Shown here: one piece after another, positions 27,710-37,118 of the stretch | Layout of the letters: every line of letters begins with the position of its first letter | Position numbering within the stretch: position 1 is the stretch's first letter | Sequence record: NC_054933.1 | Length of the DNA stretch: 64,000 nt | From: Escherichia phage teqhad | Reading direction: 5' to 3' (one strand) | Notes under the pieces: model-generated | Databases searched by the model: none | Seen by the model: only the letters and a program-made list of their open reading frames with translations | Told to the model about the DNA's origin: nothing | Position numbers and translations under genes: made by a program

Positions 27710-28804
27710 ATGGCAATTGTTAAAGAAATAACTGCTGATTTAATTAAAAAGTCCGGTGAGAAAATTTCAGCCGGACAGAGTACTAAATCAGAAGTAGGAA
27801 CTAAAACATACACAGCCCAGTTTCCAACTGGGCGTGCTAGTGGTAATGACACTACAGGGGACTTCCAGGTAACAGATCTATATAAGAATGGATTATTATT
27901 TACTGCATACAATATGTCATCTAGGGATTCTGGAAGTCTTAGATCGATGAGATCTAACTACTCTTCTTCATCTTCGAGTATTTTACGTACAGCCAGAAAC
28001 ACTATCAGTAATACAGTATCAAAACTGTCAAATGGATTAATATCAGATAATAATTCAGGAACAATAAGTAAAGCCCCTGTTGCAAATATTCTTTTACCAA
28101 GATCTAAATCCGATGTTGATACATCATCACATAGATTTAATGATGTTCAAGAAAGTCTTATCAGCAGAGGCGGAGGTACTGCTACTGGTGTGCTAAGTAA
28201 TATTGCTTCAACTGCAGTATTTGGGGCACTGGAAAGTATAACACAAGGTATAATGGCTGATAATAATGAACAGATTTATACGACAGCCAGAAGTATGTAT
28301 GGTGGTGCTGAAAATAGAACTAAAGTGTTTACATGGGATTTGACTCCACGTTCAACAGAAGATTTAATGGCTATTATTAATATCTATCAATATTTTAACT
28401 ATTTTTCTTATGGTGAAACGGGTAAATCTCAATATGCTGCTGAAATAAAGGGGTATTTAGATGATTGGTATCGTTCTACGTTAATTGAACCTTTATCTCC
28501 GGAAGACGCAGCTAAAAATAAAACACTATTTGAGAAAATGACATCGAGTTTAACTAACGTTCTAGTAGTTTCAAACCCGACAATTTGGATGGTGAAAAAC
28601 TTTGGTGCAACATCTAAGTTTGATGGAAAAACGGAAATATTTGGCCCATGCCAAATACAAAGCATCAGATTTGATAAAACACCTAATGGTAACTTTAACG
28701 GATTGGCTATTGCTCCAAACCTCCCTAGTACATTTACTCTTGAGATTACTATGAGAGAAATTATCACGTTAAACCGTGCTTCTTTATATGCGGGGACTTT
28801 TTAA
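27710..28804 (+). CDS. 48: Baseplate tail-tube cap protein gp48
   Basis: 364 aa; T4 gp48 size. Confidence 0.9.
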   Translation: MAIVKEITADLIKKSGEKISAGQSTKSEVGTKTYTAQFPTGRASGNDTTGDFQVTDLYKNGLLFTAYNMSSRDSGSLRSMRSNYSSSSSSILRTARNTISNTVSKLSNGLISDNNSGTISKAPVANILLPRSKSDVDTSSHRFNDVQESLISRGGGTATGVLSNIASTAVFGALESITQGIMADNNEQIYTTARSMYGGAENRTKVFTWDLTPRSTEDLMAIINIYQYFNYFSYGETGKSQYAAEIKGYLDDWYRSTLIEPLSPEDAAKNKTLFEKMTSSLTNVLVVSNPTIWMVKNFGATSKFDGKTEIFGPCQIQSIRFDKTPNGNFNGLAIAPNLPSTFTLEITMREIITLNRASLYAGTF

Positions 28805-29769
28805 TGTATTCTTTAGAGGAATTTAATAATCAAGCAATAAACGCAGATTTCCAACGTAATAATATGTTTAGCTGCGTTTTTGCGACAACTCCATCAACTA
28901 AAAGCTCTTCGTTGATAAGTTCAATTAGCAACTTTTCTTATAATAACTTGGGCCTAAATTCAGATTGGTTAGGATTGACTCAAGGTGATATTAATCAGGG
29001 AATTACCACGCTAATTACTGCTGGCACACAAAAACTGATAAGAAAATCAGGGGTTAGTAAATATCTTATTGGCGCTATGAGTCAACGTACAGTTCAAAGT
29101 TTATTAGGCTCATTTACAGTTGGTACATATTTAATTGACTTCTTTAACATGGCATATAACTCATCTGGATTGATGATATATTCTGTAAAAATGCCAGAGA
29201 ATAGATTATCCTATGAAACTGACTGGAACTATAACTCTCCTAATATTCGTATAACTGGAAGAGAATTAGACCCTTTGGTTATTTCATTTAGAATGGATTC
29301 AGAAGCTTGTAACTATCGTGCAATGCAAGACTGGGTTAACGCTGTTCAAGACCCAGTAACTGGATTGCGTGCTTTACCGCAAGATGTCGAGGCAGATATT
29401 CAGGTTAATCTTCATTCTCGTAATGGATTGCCTCATACTGCGGTGATGTTCACTGGATGCATTCCAATATCAGTGAGCGCTCCTGAGTTATCATATGATG
29501 GAGATAACCAAATAACTACATTTGACGTTACTTTTGCGTATAGAGTGATGCAGGCTGGAGCAGTTGATAGGCAAGCTGCGCTTGAATGGCTTGAATCTGC
29601 TGCTATAAATGGTATTCAAAGCGTTCTCGGAAATAGTGGAGGTGTTACTGGACTATCTAATTCGCTTTCACGACTCAGTAGATTAGGGGGAACTGCAGGA
29701 AGCATTTCAAACATTAATACTATGACAGGAATTGTCAATTCGCAAAGTAAAATATTAGGAGCAATATAA
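28804..29769 (+). CDS. 54: Baseplate tail-tube initiator gp54
   Basis: 321 aa; T4 gp54 size; ATGA-coupled to gene 48. Confidence 0.9.
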   Translation: MYSLEEFNNQAINADFQRNNMFSCVFATTPSTKSSSLISSISNFSYNNLGLNSDWLGLTQGDINQGITTLITAGTQKLIRKSGVSKYLIGAMSQRTVQSLLGSFTVGTYLIDFFNMAYNSSGLMIYSVKMPENRLSYETDWNYNSPNIRITGRELDPLVISFRMDSEACNYRAMQDWVNAVQDPVTGLRALPQDVEADIQVNLHSRNGLPHTAVMFTGCIPISVSAPELSYDGDNQITTFDVTFAYRVMQAGAVDRQAALEWLESAAINGIQSVLGNSGGVTGLSNSLSRLSRLGGTAGSISNINTMTGIVNSQSKILGAI

Positions 29770-29773
29770 CAAT

Positions 29774-29791
29774 GGGGACCTTTCGGTCCCC
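29774..29791. terminator. Bidirectional hairpin terminator between gene 54 and the convergent minus-strand block
   Basis: ggggacc-tttc-ggtcccc followed by T-rich run; lies between the two convergent stop codons. Confidence 0.55.
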
Positions 29792-29797
29792 ATATTT

Positions 29798-30088
29798 TTA
29801 TTTACGGAATGAAATAAAAGCAGCAACTGAAGCAACTAAACTGTCTTCAATATAAACCTCAATTTTTACCGGAGCTTCTGACTCAAATTTACCTGTTACT
29901 ATACCCTGAAAAATACTTTCAGTCTGTTCTGGCTTTGAAAAATTTTCAGAAGGAAAAATTCCGAACTTTTTATCTGTTCCAAAAATTTTAATAAATTCAT
30001 CGTAAACTGCTTCATTAAAAGCATTATCAGCAGGAATAACGCCTTCAACTACAAGTTCTTGACCTAAAAAGCGCAAAGAAGATTTCAT
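29798..30088 (-). CDS. Hypothetical protein (T4 alt.-3 region)
   Basis: 96 aa ORF; GAGGAA ribosome-binding site lies inside the 3' arm of the upstream hairpin element. Confidence 0.7.
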   Translation of the reverse strand: MKSSLRFLGQELVVEGVIPADNAFNEAVYDEFIKIFGTDKKFGIFPSENFSKPEQTESIFQGIVTGKFESEAPVKIEVYIEDSLVASVAAFISFRK

Positions 30089-30095
30089 TTTGTGT

Positions 30096-30149
30096 TCCTC
30101 ATGTTATGCCAGTAAGACTACTATAACACAACACGAGGGACTTGTAAAC
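30096..30149 (-). repeat. 54-bp promoter/hairpin element, copy 1 (51/54 identical to 45910..45963)
   Basis: Minus strand reads GTTTAC-N18-TATAGT; outer inverted repeat cctcatgtt/aacacgagg; 3' arm contains the ribosome-binding site of the downstream ORF. Confidence 0.6.
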
Positions 30150-32206
30150 TACATTTTGAACTTTTTAGACATTCCGTTGATGTTAACCAAAGAAGCCAAG
30201 ATTTGAGAAACTTCGTTTTCCTCTTCTTTTGATTCTTCTACAAGGAATTGATTAAATCCAGCCATTGGACGAACTTCACCAGTTTCCATTAGATGGTCGC
30301 CATCATATACCGATTCCTCTAATTGTTCAGAAGGAGGAACGATTGTACCTTCTATTAGATACTTGTTATAAGCAGTTTCTTTCATAAAGTACGTGCTCAC
30401 TTTATTAATCTTCAGTAAAATTCCACGCGGTAGAATAACTTCAGCTTCTGATGGAAATCCTGATAAATGACCTGGAACGATAACTTTGATTCGCTCAGCT
30501 CCTTTAATTACCATACCCACGCTAGTTTCAGCATCTTCATTAGCATATGTAGAATGACTACCCATATGCATCAAATCTTCTGCATCAACGGAACCTTCTC
30601 CTTCGCCAGAAAATACTGCGCCGGAATCATCTAGAGCCATATAGTTTTTACCGTGCTCACCGAAAATATTTGGTTTAAGCGATGTGGATACGAAGTTCTT
30701 GAAATAGAACATTTTGTTTTCAATATTATGACGCAAAGTTTTAAAGGTAACTTCTTGTCCACGGTAAAGTGTAGTTCCTGGAGGAAGAACTGAACCTTTA
30801 GCGAATGCAGAATCAAGCGTCTCGATGTGTTTAATAGCTCGTTCCATATATTCTTCACGGGTAGAATCTGGTTTACCCAAAAGGAACGAGTTCATTTCAA
30901 CATATGAATCTGCACAATAATCTTCAATTACGTCAGATTCAGCCTGAGTTAATCCTTTTGGAGTTACTTCAGTACTTGCATATTCATATGCCTGAGCGGC
31001 AGATTCATTAATCAATTTATAAATGCCATTCATGACAAATTGAATAATAGCTGTCTTTTCATCTGGCGTAGCTTTAGAACCTTTAGCTAAATCATTGACA
31101 ATTTTCTTAATAACATCAAAACTATTAGAAATATTAATATCAGCAAGATCGCTTAAAATTTTATCAGTTTTATAATCAAAGAATTCTTTATTCTTTAAAT
31201 ATTCTTGAGAACCTTGATATGTTATATCGCTCTGCAGCTTGATAGATGGATCGCGTAAACGTGCATGGGCCAATGCAATATGATTTCGGAAGTTTTCTAG
31301 TTCATAATCGTTAGATTTAAAACGAGAAGCACTTCTCATACCACCGATAGCTCCTTTGCTAAAGTTTGAACCAATCTGAATAACGCCAGAGTTCATCGGA
31401 CCTTCTGCTTTATATACCGGAACTTTAGATTCAAACTCTTGATATTTCTTAGCAGCGAAGCTATCACCCTGAAGTGAAGCATCAACAGTAGAATATTGAG
31501 CTTGTGCTGCTAATCGACGACTAATTTTAGTTTTCTGAATAACAGCTTGATCCGTGCGCTTATCATTTTCTAAAGCAATAGAAGCAGCAACAGCGACAGC
31601 TTTAGGAACAGCATTACCTGTTTTAACGTCTACATAAACATCACCAACCTTTGATTCAACTTTTGTGAATAACTCAGTTGAAATAGGAGGTACACCTGGA
31701 ATGTCTTCTAAATTGGCATTTTTACGGTAAACCATAATATATGCATATTTCTTATCATAGTCCCAGATTTCCTTTAAAAGAACATATCGACCTGCTCCTT
31801 TAGTACGTACTAAACGGTCAGCAATAACTTGCATTTGACGAGCTGCGCCATTTGTTTTACTTTTTAGTACGCGGAATAGGCATGCGTCGATTTTATACTG
31901 TTTCATTGTTTGAAGAGCAGTATCAAAAACAGCATTAATGACGCCAATTGGATTTCCACCCAAGTTTCTAAGCTTGACTAACGATAATTTCTCGTTGACA
32001 CCTATCATTACGATATGCATCATTTTGTCGCCTGGCTTAACGTTTTTATTTGTATCACCGCCAGAGGTGTATGTACAAAATCTAAATCCAGGAAGAACGC
32101 TTTCTTCACCGGCTTGAATAGCAAAAATTTGTGGTATTTTATGCTTAGGATTTAAGTTAACAACCGGCGCCGAAGCGCCGTCAAATAATTCTGTAATAAG
32201 TTCCAT
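30149..32206 (-). CDS. Alt-family NAD-protein ADP-ribosyltransferase paralog
   Basis: 685 aa; N-terminus MELITELFD shared with the neighbouring paralog; R/STS/ExE motifs present (LYRGQ, FVSTSLKP, SEAEVILPRG). Confidence 0.85.
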   Translation of the reverse strand: MELITELFDGASAPVVNLNPKHKIPQIFAIQAGEESVLPGFRFCTYTSGGDTNKNVKPGDKMMHIVMIGVNEKLSLVKLRNLGGNPIGVINAVFDTALQTMKQYKIDACLFRVLKSKTNGAARQMQVIADRLVRTKGAGRYVLLKEIWDYDKKYAYIMVYRKNANLEDIPGVPPISTELFTKVESKVGDVYVDVKTGNAVPKAVAVAASIALENDKRTDQAVIQKTKISRRLAAQAQYSTVDASLQGDSFAAKKYQEFESKVPVYKAEGPMNSGVIQIGSNFSKGAIGGMRSASRFKSNDYELENFRNHIALAHARLRDPSIKLQSDITYQGSQEYLKNKEFFDYKTDKILSDLADINISNSFDVIKKIVNDLAKGSKATPDEKTAIIQFVMNGIYKLINESAAQAYEYASTEVTPKGLTQAESDVIEDYCADSYVEMNSFLLGKPDSTREEYMERAIKHIETLDSAFAKGSVLPPGTTLYRGQEVTFKTLRHNIENKMFYFKNFVSTSLKPNIFGEHGKNYMALDDSGAVFSGEGEGSVDAEDLMHMGSHSTYANEDAETSVGMVIKGAERIKVIVPGHLSGFPSEAEVILPRGILLKINKVSTYFMKETAYNKYLIEGTIVPPSEQLEESVYDGDHLMETGEVRPMAGFNQFLVEESKEEENEVSQILASLVNINGMSKKFKM

Positions 32207-32209
32207 GAT

Positions 32210-34303
32210 TTATCCTTGAACGAACTTGTAAGGCATGTTTGTAATATCTATGCAAGACGCAATAATTCCAAGAGATGATTCTACTTTCTGTTTAACGTTT
32301 GATGAAACAAATGATGCAAAGTCAACTCTGTCTTCTATTTCAATATCACCTGTCATTGCAACCAATTCACCAGTTTCCATTAAATGGTCTCCATCATAGA
32401 TTACCGATTCGGTGAGCTCTTCCGTGGTCATAACTTCAGCTTGAATGAGTTTTGTATTATTAGATGTTGTTCCGTCATTATTAGAAGCATCAGTTATTTT
32501 ATTAACTTTGACCATCAATCCACGCGGTAGAATAACTTCAGCTTCTGTTGCTATTCCGAGACTTCCTGGATATACAACATTAACTTTATGAGCTCCATCA
32601 ATTGCCCATCCTATTTGAACTTTAACGTATTCAGGATTTTCTTTATACGCTCTTATTTCGTTTGGATTAATAGTTATTCCTTCTTCATTTTTATCAACTG
32701 TTAATTCATTGCGAGCTTCTGGTTCTAAAAGACCAATACCAGCATGTGTAATTCCAAAACGTCCAAAAATGATAGGAGTTAAAGAAGTAGATACAAAATT
32801 TCTGAAGTAGAACACTTTATTTTTAACTAGTGCTTCGTATATAGGAGCAGTCATACTTTGAGCACGATAAACTGTAATGCCTTCTGGTATACGGTCACCA
32901 TTTTCAAAAGCTGAATCTAAGTTATTTATAGCAGATTCAATTTCTTTTTCACTCATTACATCATATCGTTCTGGATTGTAACGACCTAAAAGAAGATTAT
33001 TAATGTCAGTATATCCTGAACCACAATATTCTCTAATACCTCTCTTTTGTGATGGAGTATATTTAGAACCATCACGAGCGATTGTAATATCAATCATAGG
33101 ACCAGCTCCTACGCCAGAGAAACTGTATATCATTCGTTTGAGGAATTTAGTTTTTGCTGCGTTCCAGGAATTTTTAGTTATTTCTTCCCAGACTTCATCT
33201 GGTTGTCCTTTACGATTTTTATTATGATTAGCAAGCCATTTATCTTTATAATCTTCAAAGAATTGATTTACAGCTGCTGCGTATTTCTCTAAACATTTTA
33301 TTGAAGTAGTTGGTTCATTTTTAATTGCATTAAAAATTACTTCTTTAATTTTTTCTGAAACTTCACCGACTTGACTCATTGGAAAGAATTTATAATCATA
33401 GTGAAGTTCATCTGCCGTTCCTTCAGCAATAATTTTTGCTGCCTTTGTTTTAGAAGCTAATGAATTAATTCCAATTTTCATTTCTTCTGCTTCGGGAATT
33501 AAAGGTGCAGTAGCTGGTTTATTAAAATTAGCTGCTGTAGATTCATACTTCTGGAATAATTCACTTTCAAATCTAGAAGATTCCAATGACTGGCTTTGTG
33601 CAATTGCTCTACGGGAAATTTTAACTTTAACGATTACAGCTTGGTCAGAACGTTTATCATTTTCTTGTGCAATAGATGCTGCAATTGCCTCATTTTTGGT
33701 TACTTGGGCTCCAGTATCTTTATTGATATAAACATCACCGACTTTCGATTCAACTTTAGTAAAGAGCTCGGTACTAATTTCCGGAACTCCTGGAATGTCT
33801 TCTAGTGATACATTTTTACGATGTATAAGAATATATGCATACTTTTTATCGTAATCCCAGAGTTCCTTAAGAAGGACGTATCTGCCACCTGAACGACTAC
33901 GGATAAGTCTATCAGCAATAACTTGAATTTGTCGAGCTTGACCAGCGGTTTTAGACTTAAGAATACGAAGCATACAAGCATCAATTTTATATTGACGCAT
34001 TGTTTGCATTGCAACAGTAAAAACTGAATTGATATAATTAATTGGGCTTGGACCAAGACCTTTTAATTTAGCAATTGAACCTTTAGCAGTTAATGTAAAA
34101 GGAACGATATGCATCATTTTATCGCCCATTTTTAAATCGCGATTAGTATCACCTCCAGATGTATACGTGCATAAACGAAAGCCTGGTTGTTCAATTGCAT
34201 CATCAACATGAACTGAAAAAATTTGTGGTATTTTCTTCTTTGGATTTAAGTTTGTAATCGGAAGAGTAGTATCTTCGTCAAATAATTCTGTAATGAGTTC
34301 CAT
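32210..34303 (-). CDS. alt: Alt ADP-ribosyltransferase (probable canonical alt; head-packaged)
   Basis: 697 aa from the second ATG (GAGG at 5 nt; track ORF starts at 34306); motifs VYRAQ, FVSTSLTP, TEAEVILPRG; own late promoter upstream. Confidence 0.8.
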   Translation of the reverse strand: MELITELFDEDTTLPITNLNPKKKIPQIFSVHVDDAIEQPGFRLCTYTSGGDTNRDLKMGDKMMHIVPFTLTAKGSIAKLKGLGPSPINYINSVFTVAMQTMRQYKIDACMLRILKSKTAGQARQIQVIADRLIRSRSGGRYVLLKELWDYDKKYAYILIHRKNVSLEDIPGVPEISTELFTKVESKVGDVYINKDTGAQVTKNEAIAASIAQENDKRSDQAVIVKVKISRRAIAQSQSLESSRFESELFQKYESTAANFNKPATAPLIPEAEEMKIGINSLASKTKAAKIIAEGTADELHYDYKFFPMSQVGEVSEKIKEVIFNAIKNEPTTSIKCLEKYAAAVNQFFEDYKDKWLANHNKNRKGQPDEVWEEITKNSWNAAKTKFLKRMIYSFSGVGAGPMIDITIARDGSKYTPSQKRGIREYCGSGYTDINNLLLGRYNPERYDVMSEKEIESAINNLDSAFENGDRIPEGITVYRAQSMTAPIYEALVKNKVFYFRNFVSTSLTPIIFGRFGITHAGIGLLEPEARNELTVDKNEEGITINPNEIRAYKENPEYVKVQIGWAIDGAHKVNVVYPGSLGIATEAEVILPRGLMVKVNKITDASNNDGTTSNNTKLIQAEVMTTEELTESVIYDGDHLMETGELVAMTGDIEIEDRVDFASFVSSNVKQKVESSLGIIASCIDITNMPYKFVQG

Positions 34304-34326
34304 CATATCCTCTCTAGTGTTTATTC

Positions 34327-34334
34327 TATTTATA
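34327..34334 (-). promoter_or_regulatory. Late promoter (TATAAATA on minus strand) upstream of alt
   Basis: Plus-strand TATTTATA about 20 nt upstream of the alt ATG. Confidence 0.5.
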
Positions 34335-34339
34335 AAATT

Positions 34340-34357
34340 AAAGGCCCGAAGGCCTTT
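34340..34357. terminator. Palindromic hairpin AAAGGCC-CGAA-GGCCTTT
   Basis: Perfect inverted repeat with GNRA-like loop flanked by A/T runs on both strands, between the 62-aa ORF and alt. Confidence 0.45.
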
Positions 34358-34544
34358 AATAATCTATTGGTAAGAGAGTACGATATATTTCAAACTTTGG
34401 ACCTTTTTCATAGGCATCAAATGTTTCTGTGAATTTATTATAAGCATATGCATCTATAAATTCAATCATGATTTGTGATACAGAAGTAGAAACATCTCCA
34501 CCTTCTTTTTGAGCCACGACAATTGTTTCTAAGTAAGCTTTCAT
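34356..34544 (-). CDS. Hypothetical small protein downstream of DNA ligase
   Basis: 62 aa ORF; start overlaps ligase stop (ATGA). Confidence 0.55.
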   Translation of the reverse strand: MKAYLETIVVAQKEGGDVSTSVSQIMIEFIDAYAYNKFTETFDAYEKGPKFEIYRTLLPIDY

Positions 34545-36004
34545 AAACCAGTTACCTCATGAAAATTACCAAATACATCCTCGAATGTATTAGCTTTAGT
34601 TTTATCTTCACGCAAACGAATCGCAATCGGAAGAAATAATTTAACGTAATCAGTGCGGCCATCAGATTTTAACCAACCGTTGCATTCGCACTCTAGAATT
34701 TTTCCAATATAATAATTTTGGTTTTCCATAATGCGAGTACGGTCAAGTTCATGTGATTTTACGCCGGCTTTATCTTTTAAGCCTGAACCAGCATTTACTT
34801 TAATTTTTCCACACTCTGACTCAAGAATAAATCCACCCGCTTTAGTAGGGTCTTTACGGTGAGGATAAATTCCTACAATTTTTAAATCAACATCAATTAC
34901 TTCTTTAAATTTATAGAGATTTTTTGAACGAGCATTTTCCCATAATCCATCGATATTTTTGAGAATAATACCTTCAAGACCTTGATCAATATACTTTTTG
35001 TAAATTACCTTAGCTTCATCTAGGTTATTTACTACTTGGTTTTCAATTAAAATTACTTTATCATAGCCTGATGTCATTTGTTCTAGTTTAGAAAAACGTA
35101 CATCATATTTTAAACGAAATGCTGGAAGACCATATATTTCTACTAATGGAACATAATCCCAGACCTGAAACTTCATGCATTGTGCTTCTTTTTCAGAAAT
35201 GGTTCCCTTTAAAGATTTATTGGCGATGCCATTAGATGCAGTACGTGATTCAGCTACTTCGGCGAATTCTTTAGCTTTACTAATTTCAGGATAAGCATCA
35301 AAAAGAAAATCTAGGCCTTCTGGTTCCTTTTCAACTTGCTCATGGTATACCAATTCGCCATCAATTAACACACCTTCTGGATGAATCTGGCGGGCTTCAG
35401 CAGTCATTTTGATTAACTCTTCCTTAAGAAGATCTAATCCTAGATATTCATTGCCAGCTCGTGATAAAAGACGAACATCATCTAATTCATCACCTCTGAC
35501 TTCGGCAAAGCACCGAGCTCCATCAGCTTTTAACTGGGCAAAGGCTGGAAATTTGATATTCTTATTAATGCCTTTTTCATCATAAGAACTTGCAAGCATT
35601 TGAGGTTGTTCAGGAATTAAACCTGGCCAAACTTTGTTCGCAATAGATACTGATGCACCGCATTCAAGGTCTCGCATCATTACTCGACGTAATACTTCAA
35701 CATCATCTTTTTTACCGTCAGTAATATATCCAGTTAATTCCTCAATTGCCGCATTTCCAGTCAATTTCCGAGTAGCTAACGTGAATTCAATGAAGTCGAG
35801 CATATCGGTAAGAGTCAACATTCCAAAACTCTGGGTAGCAATACCCGGTTTAGGCCATTTCTTGATATAATACTGTAACCCACGAGAATAAGTCAGACGA
35901 TATACTCGTTTAAGCAATTCATTATCTTTATTCTTTTCAAGAATTGCTTGCTTCTGCTTAGTTGAACCAATAGATGCTATTTCGTTCAGAATTTTAAGAA
36001 TCAT
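34541..36004 (-). CDS. 30: ATP-dependent DNA ligase
   Basis: 487 aa; adenylation lysine motif (AQLKADGAR); essentially the T4 DNA ligase sequence. Confidence 0.98.
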   Translation of the reverse strand: MILKILNEIASIGSTKQKQAILEKNKDNELLKRVYRLTYSRGLQYYIKKWPKPGIATQSFGMLTLTDMLDFIEFTLATRKLTGNAAIEELTGYITDGKKDDVEVLRRVMMRDLECGASVSIANKVWPGLIPEQPQMLASSYDEKGINKNIKFPAFAQLKADGARCFAEVRGDELDDVRLLSRAGNEYLGLDLLKEELIKMTAEARQIHPEGVLIDGELVYHEQVEKEPEGLDFLFDAYPEISKAKEFAEVAESRTASNGIANKSLKGTISEKEAQCMKFQVWDYVPLVEIYGLPAFRLKYDVRFSKLEQMTSGYDKVILIENQVVNNLDEAKVIYKKYIDQGLEGIILKNIDGLWENARSKNLYKFKEVIDVDLKIVGIYPHRKDPTKAGGFILESECGKIKVNAGSGLKDKAGVKSHELDRTRIMENQNYYIGKILECECNGWLKSDGRTDYVKLFLPIAIRLREDKTKANTFEDVFGNFHEVTGL

Positions 36005-36270
36005 TGTTCATCCTTTAGAGTTTGGTTTACAGCTCTATTATAAATCAATTCATCATTAAGCTCAGTCAAAGACCTGTGGTACGTGGTTCTAACTTTATTT
36101 CCTTGCATCCAGTGCTTGACGTAAATGAAACCTTGCTCTACACATTTTTTAAAAATTCGTTCGTCTTTTTGAGCTCGGAATTCTGGATTGCATCTAAAAA
36201 ATTGATTTACGTGACCGTAATCACGTGTAGTATTACCTTCATTTTCATAAATAGTATGAACAACAAACAT
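36001..36270 (-). CDS. Hypothetical protein (T4 30.1 position)
   Basis: 89 aa, ATGA-coupled on both sides. Confidence 0.65.
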   Translation of the reverse strand: MFVVHTIYENEGNTTRDYGHVNQFFRCNPEFRAQKDERIFKKCVEQGFIYVKHWMQGNKVRTTYHRSLTELNDELIYNRAVNQTLKDEQ

Positions 36271-37118
36271 TAGAATGCTCCTTGGAAAATATTATCACCA
36301 CTAGTAATTCTATTAAAATACCCTGTGTCACCAGGCTTAATATAACTCCATGTATGGAATGGATGCATCTGATGTGAGTGCGTATAATATGGATGATATG
36401 GATTATAAGGATTAAATCCAGGAGTTCTCCAGGTAGTGTTCCAACGAAAAGAATCGTTTTTAATCATCTTTTCAATTACATCTTTTATAGCTTTTTCACT
36501 ATCAAAACTTTCTTTATTTTCCTTTGGTGGAAAAAGCTTATTCTCTACATCATTCCATGTATAAACTCGCTGAGCGGTTTTTGGAATACTGTCACGCTCC
36601 CCTCGAGCCATCCAATAAACAGGAACATTTAATATTTCACTTGCATGATCGCAGTGGTGAGCGAGATCGTCAATATAACAAATTACGTTATATTTCTCTT
36701 TTGCCTTTTTGAACAACTCTTCTTTTGAAGAATCATGACCACACATCATTACTTCTGAGAAGGCACCAGGAAAAAGAGCATTCAAATTAAATTGGCGATT
36801 CAGCAGAGCGTCAATAGAATCACCCAATGCTGTAACAGCTACAAAATTATAATCTTCTTTTAATTTGTTAATTACACACAGAGCATCTTTATATGGAGAC
36901 AAGTAACGAATAAAATCTGATCGATTGTATTTTTCAATTAACTTGACGCCAAGTTCTTCATCACAGTTAAAGAGTTTACCAGGAGAAATAAATTTCTCAT
37001 CCTGGATCATTTTTAAAATATGTTCTAACGGAAGATTATATTTCTGAGCAAAATAAGGAAGGCCTGATTGCCAGCTTAAACATACTCCATCAATATCAGT
37101 TAAAATAGTAGGCTTCAT
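36270..37118 (-). CDS. HAD-superfamily-like hydrolase (T4 30.2 position)
   Basis: 282 aa; N-terminal DIDGV (HAD motif I, DxDx[TV]) and YIDD motif; His/Tyr/Pro-rich C-terminus. Confidence 0.65.
   Translation of the reverse strand: MKPTILTDIDGVCLSWQSGLPYFAQKYNLPLEHILKMIQDEKFISPGKLFNCDEELGVKLIEKYNRSDFIRYLSPYKDALCVINKLKEDYNFVAVTALGDSIDALLNRQFNLNALFPGAFSEVMMCGHDSSKEELFKKAKEKYNVICYIDDLAHHCDHASEILNVPVYWMARGERDSIPKTAQRVYTWNDVENKLFPPKENKESFDSEKAIKDVIEKMIKNDSFRWNTTWRTPGFNPYNPYHPYYTHSHQMHPFHTWSYIKPGDTGYFNRITSGDNIFQGAF

Noticed and set aside
30096-30149. Interpretation of the 54-bp repeat as a homing-endonuclease target or transposon end
   Set aside because: No endonuclease or transposase ORF is nearby and the copies are co-oriented with transcription, each ending at a start codon; a promoter/leader function explains the position better.
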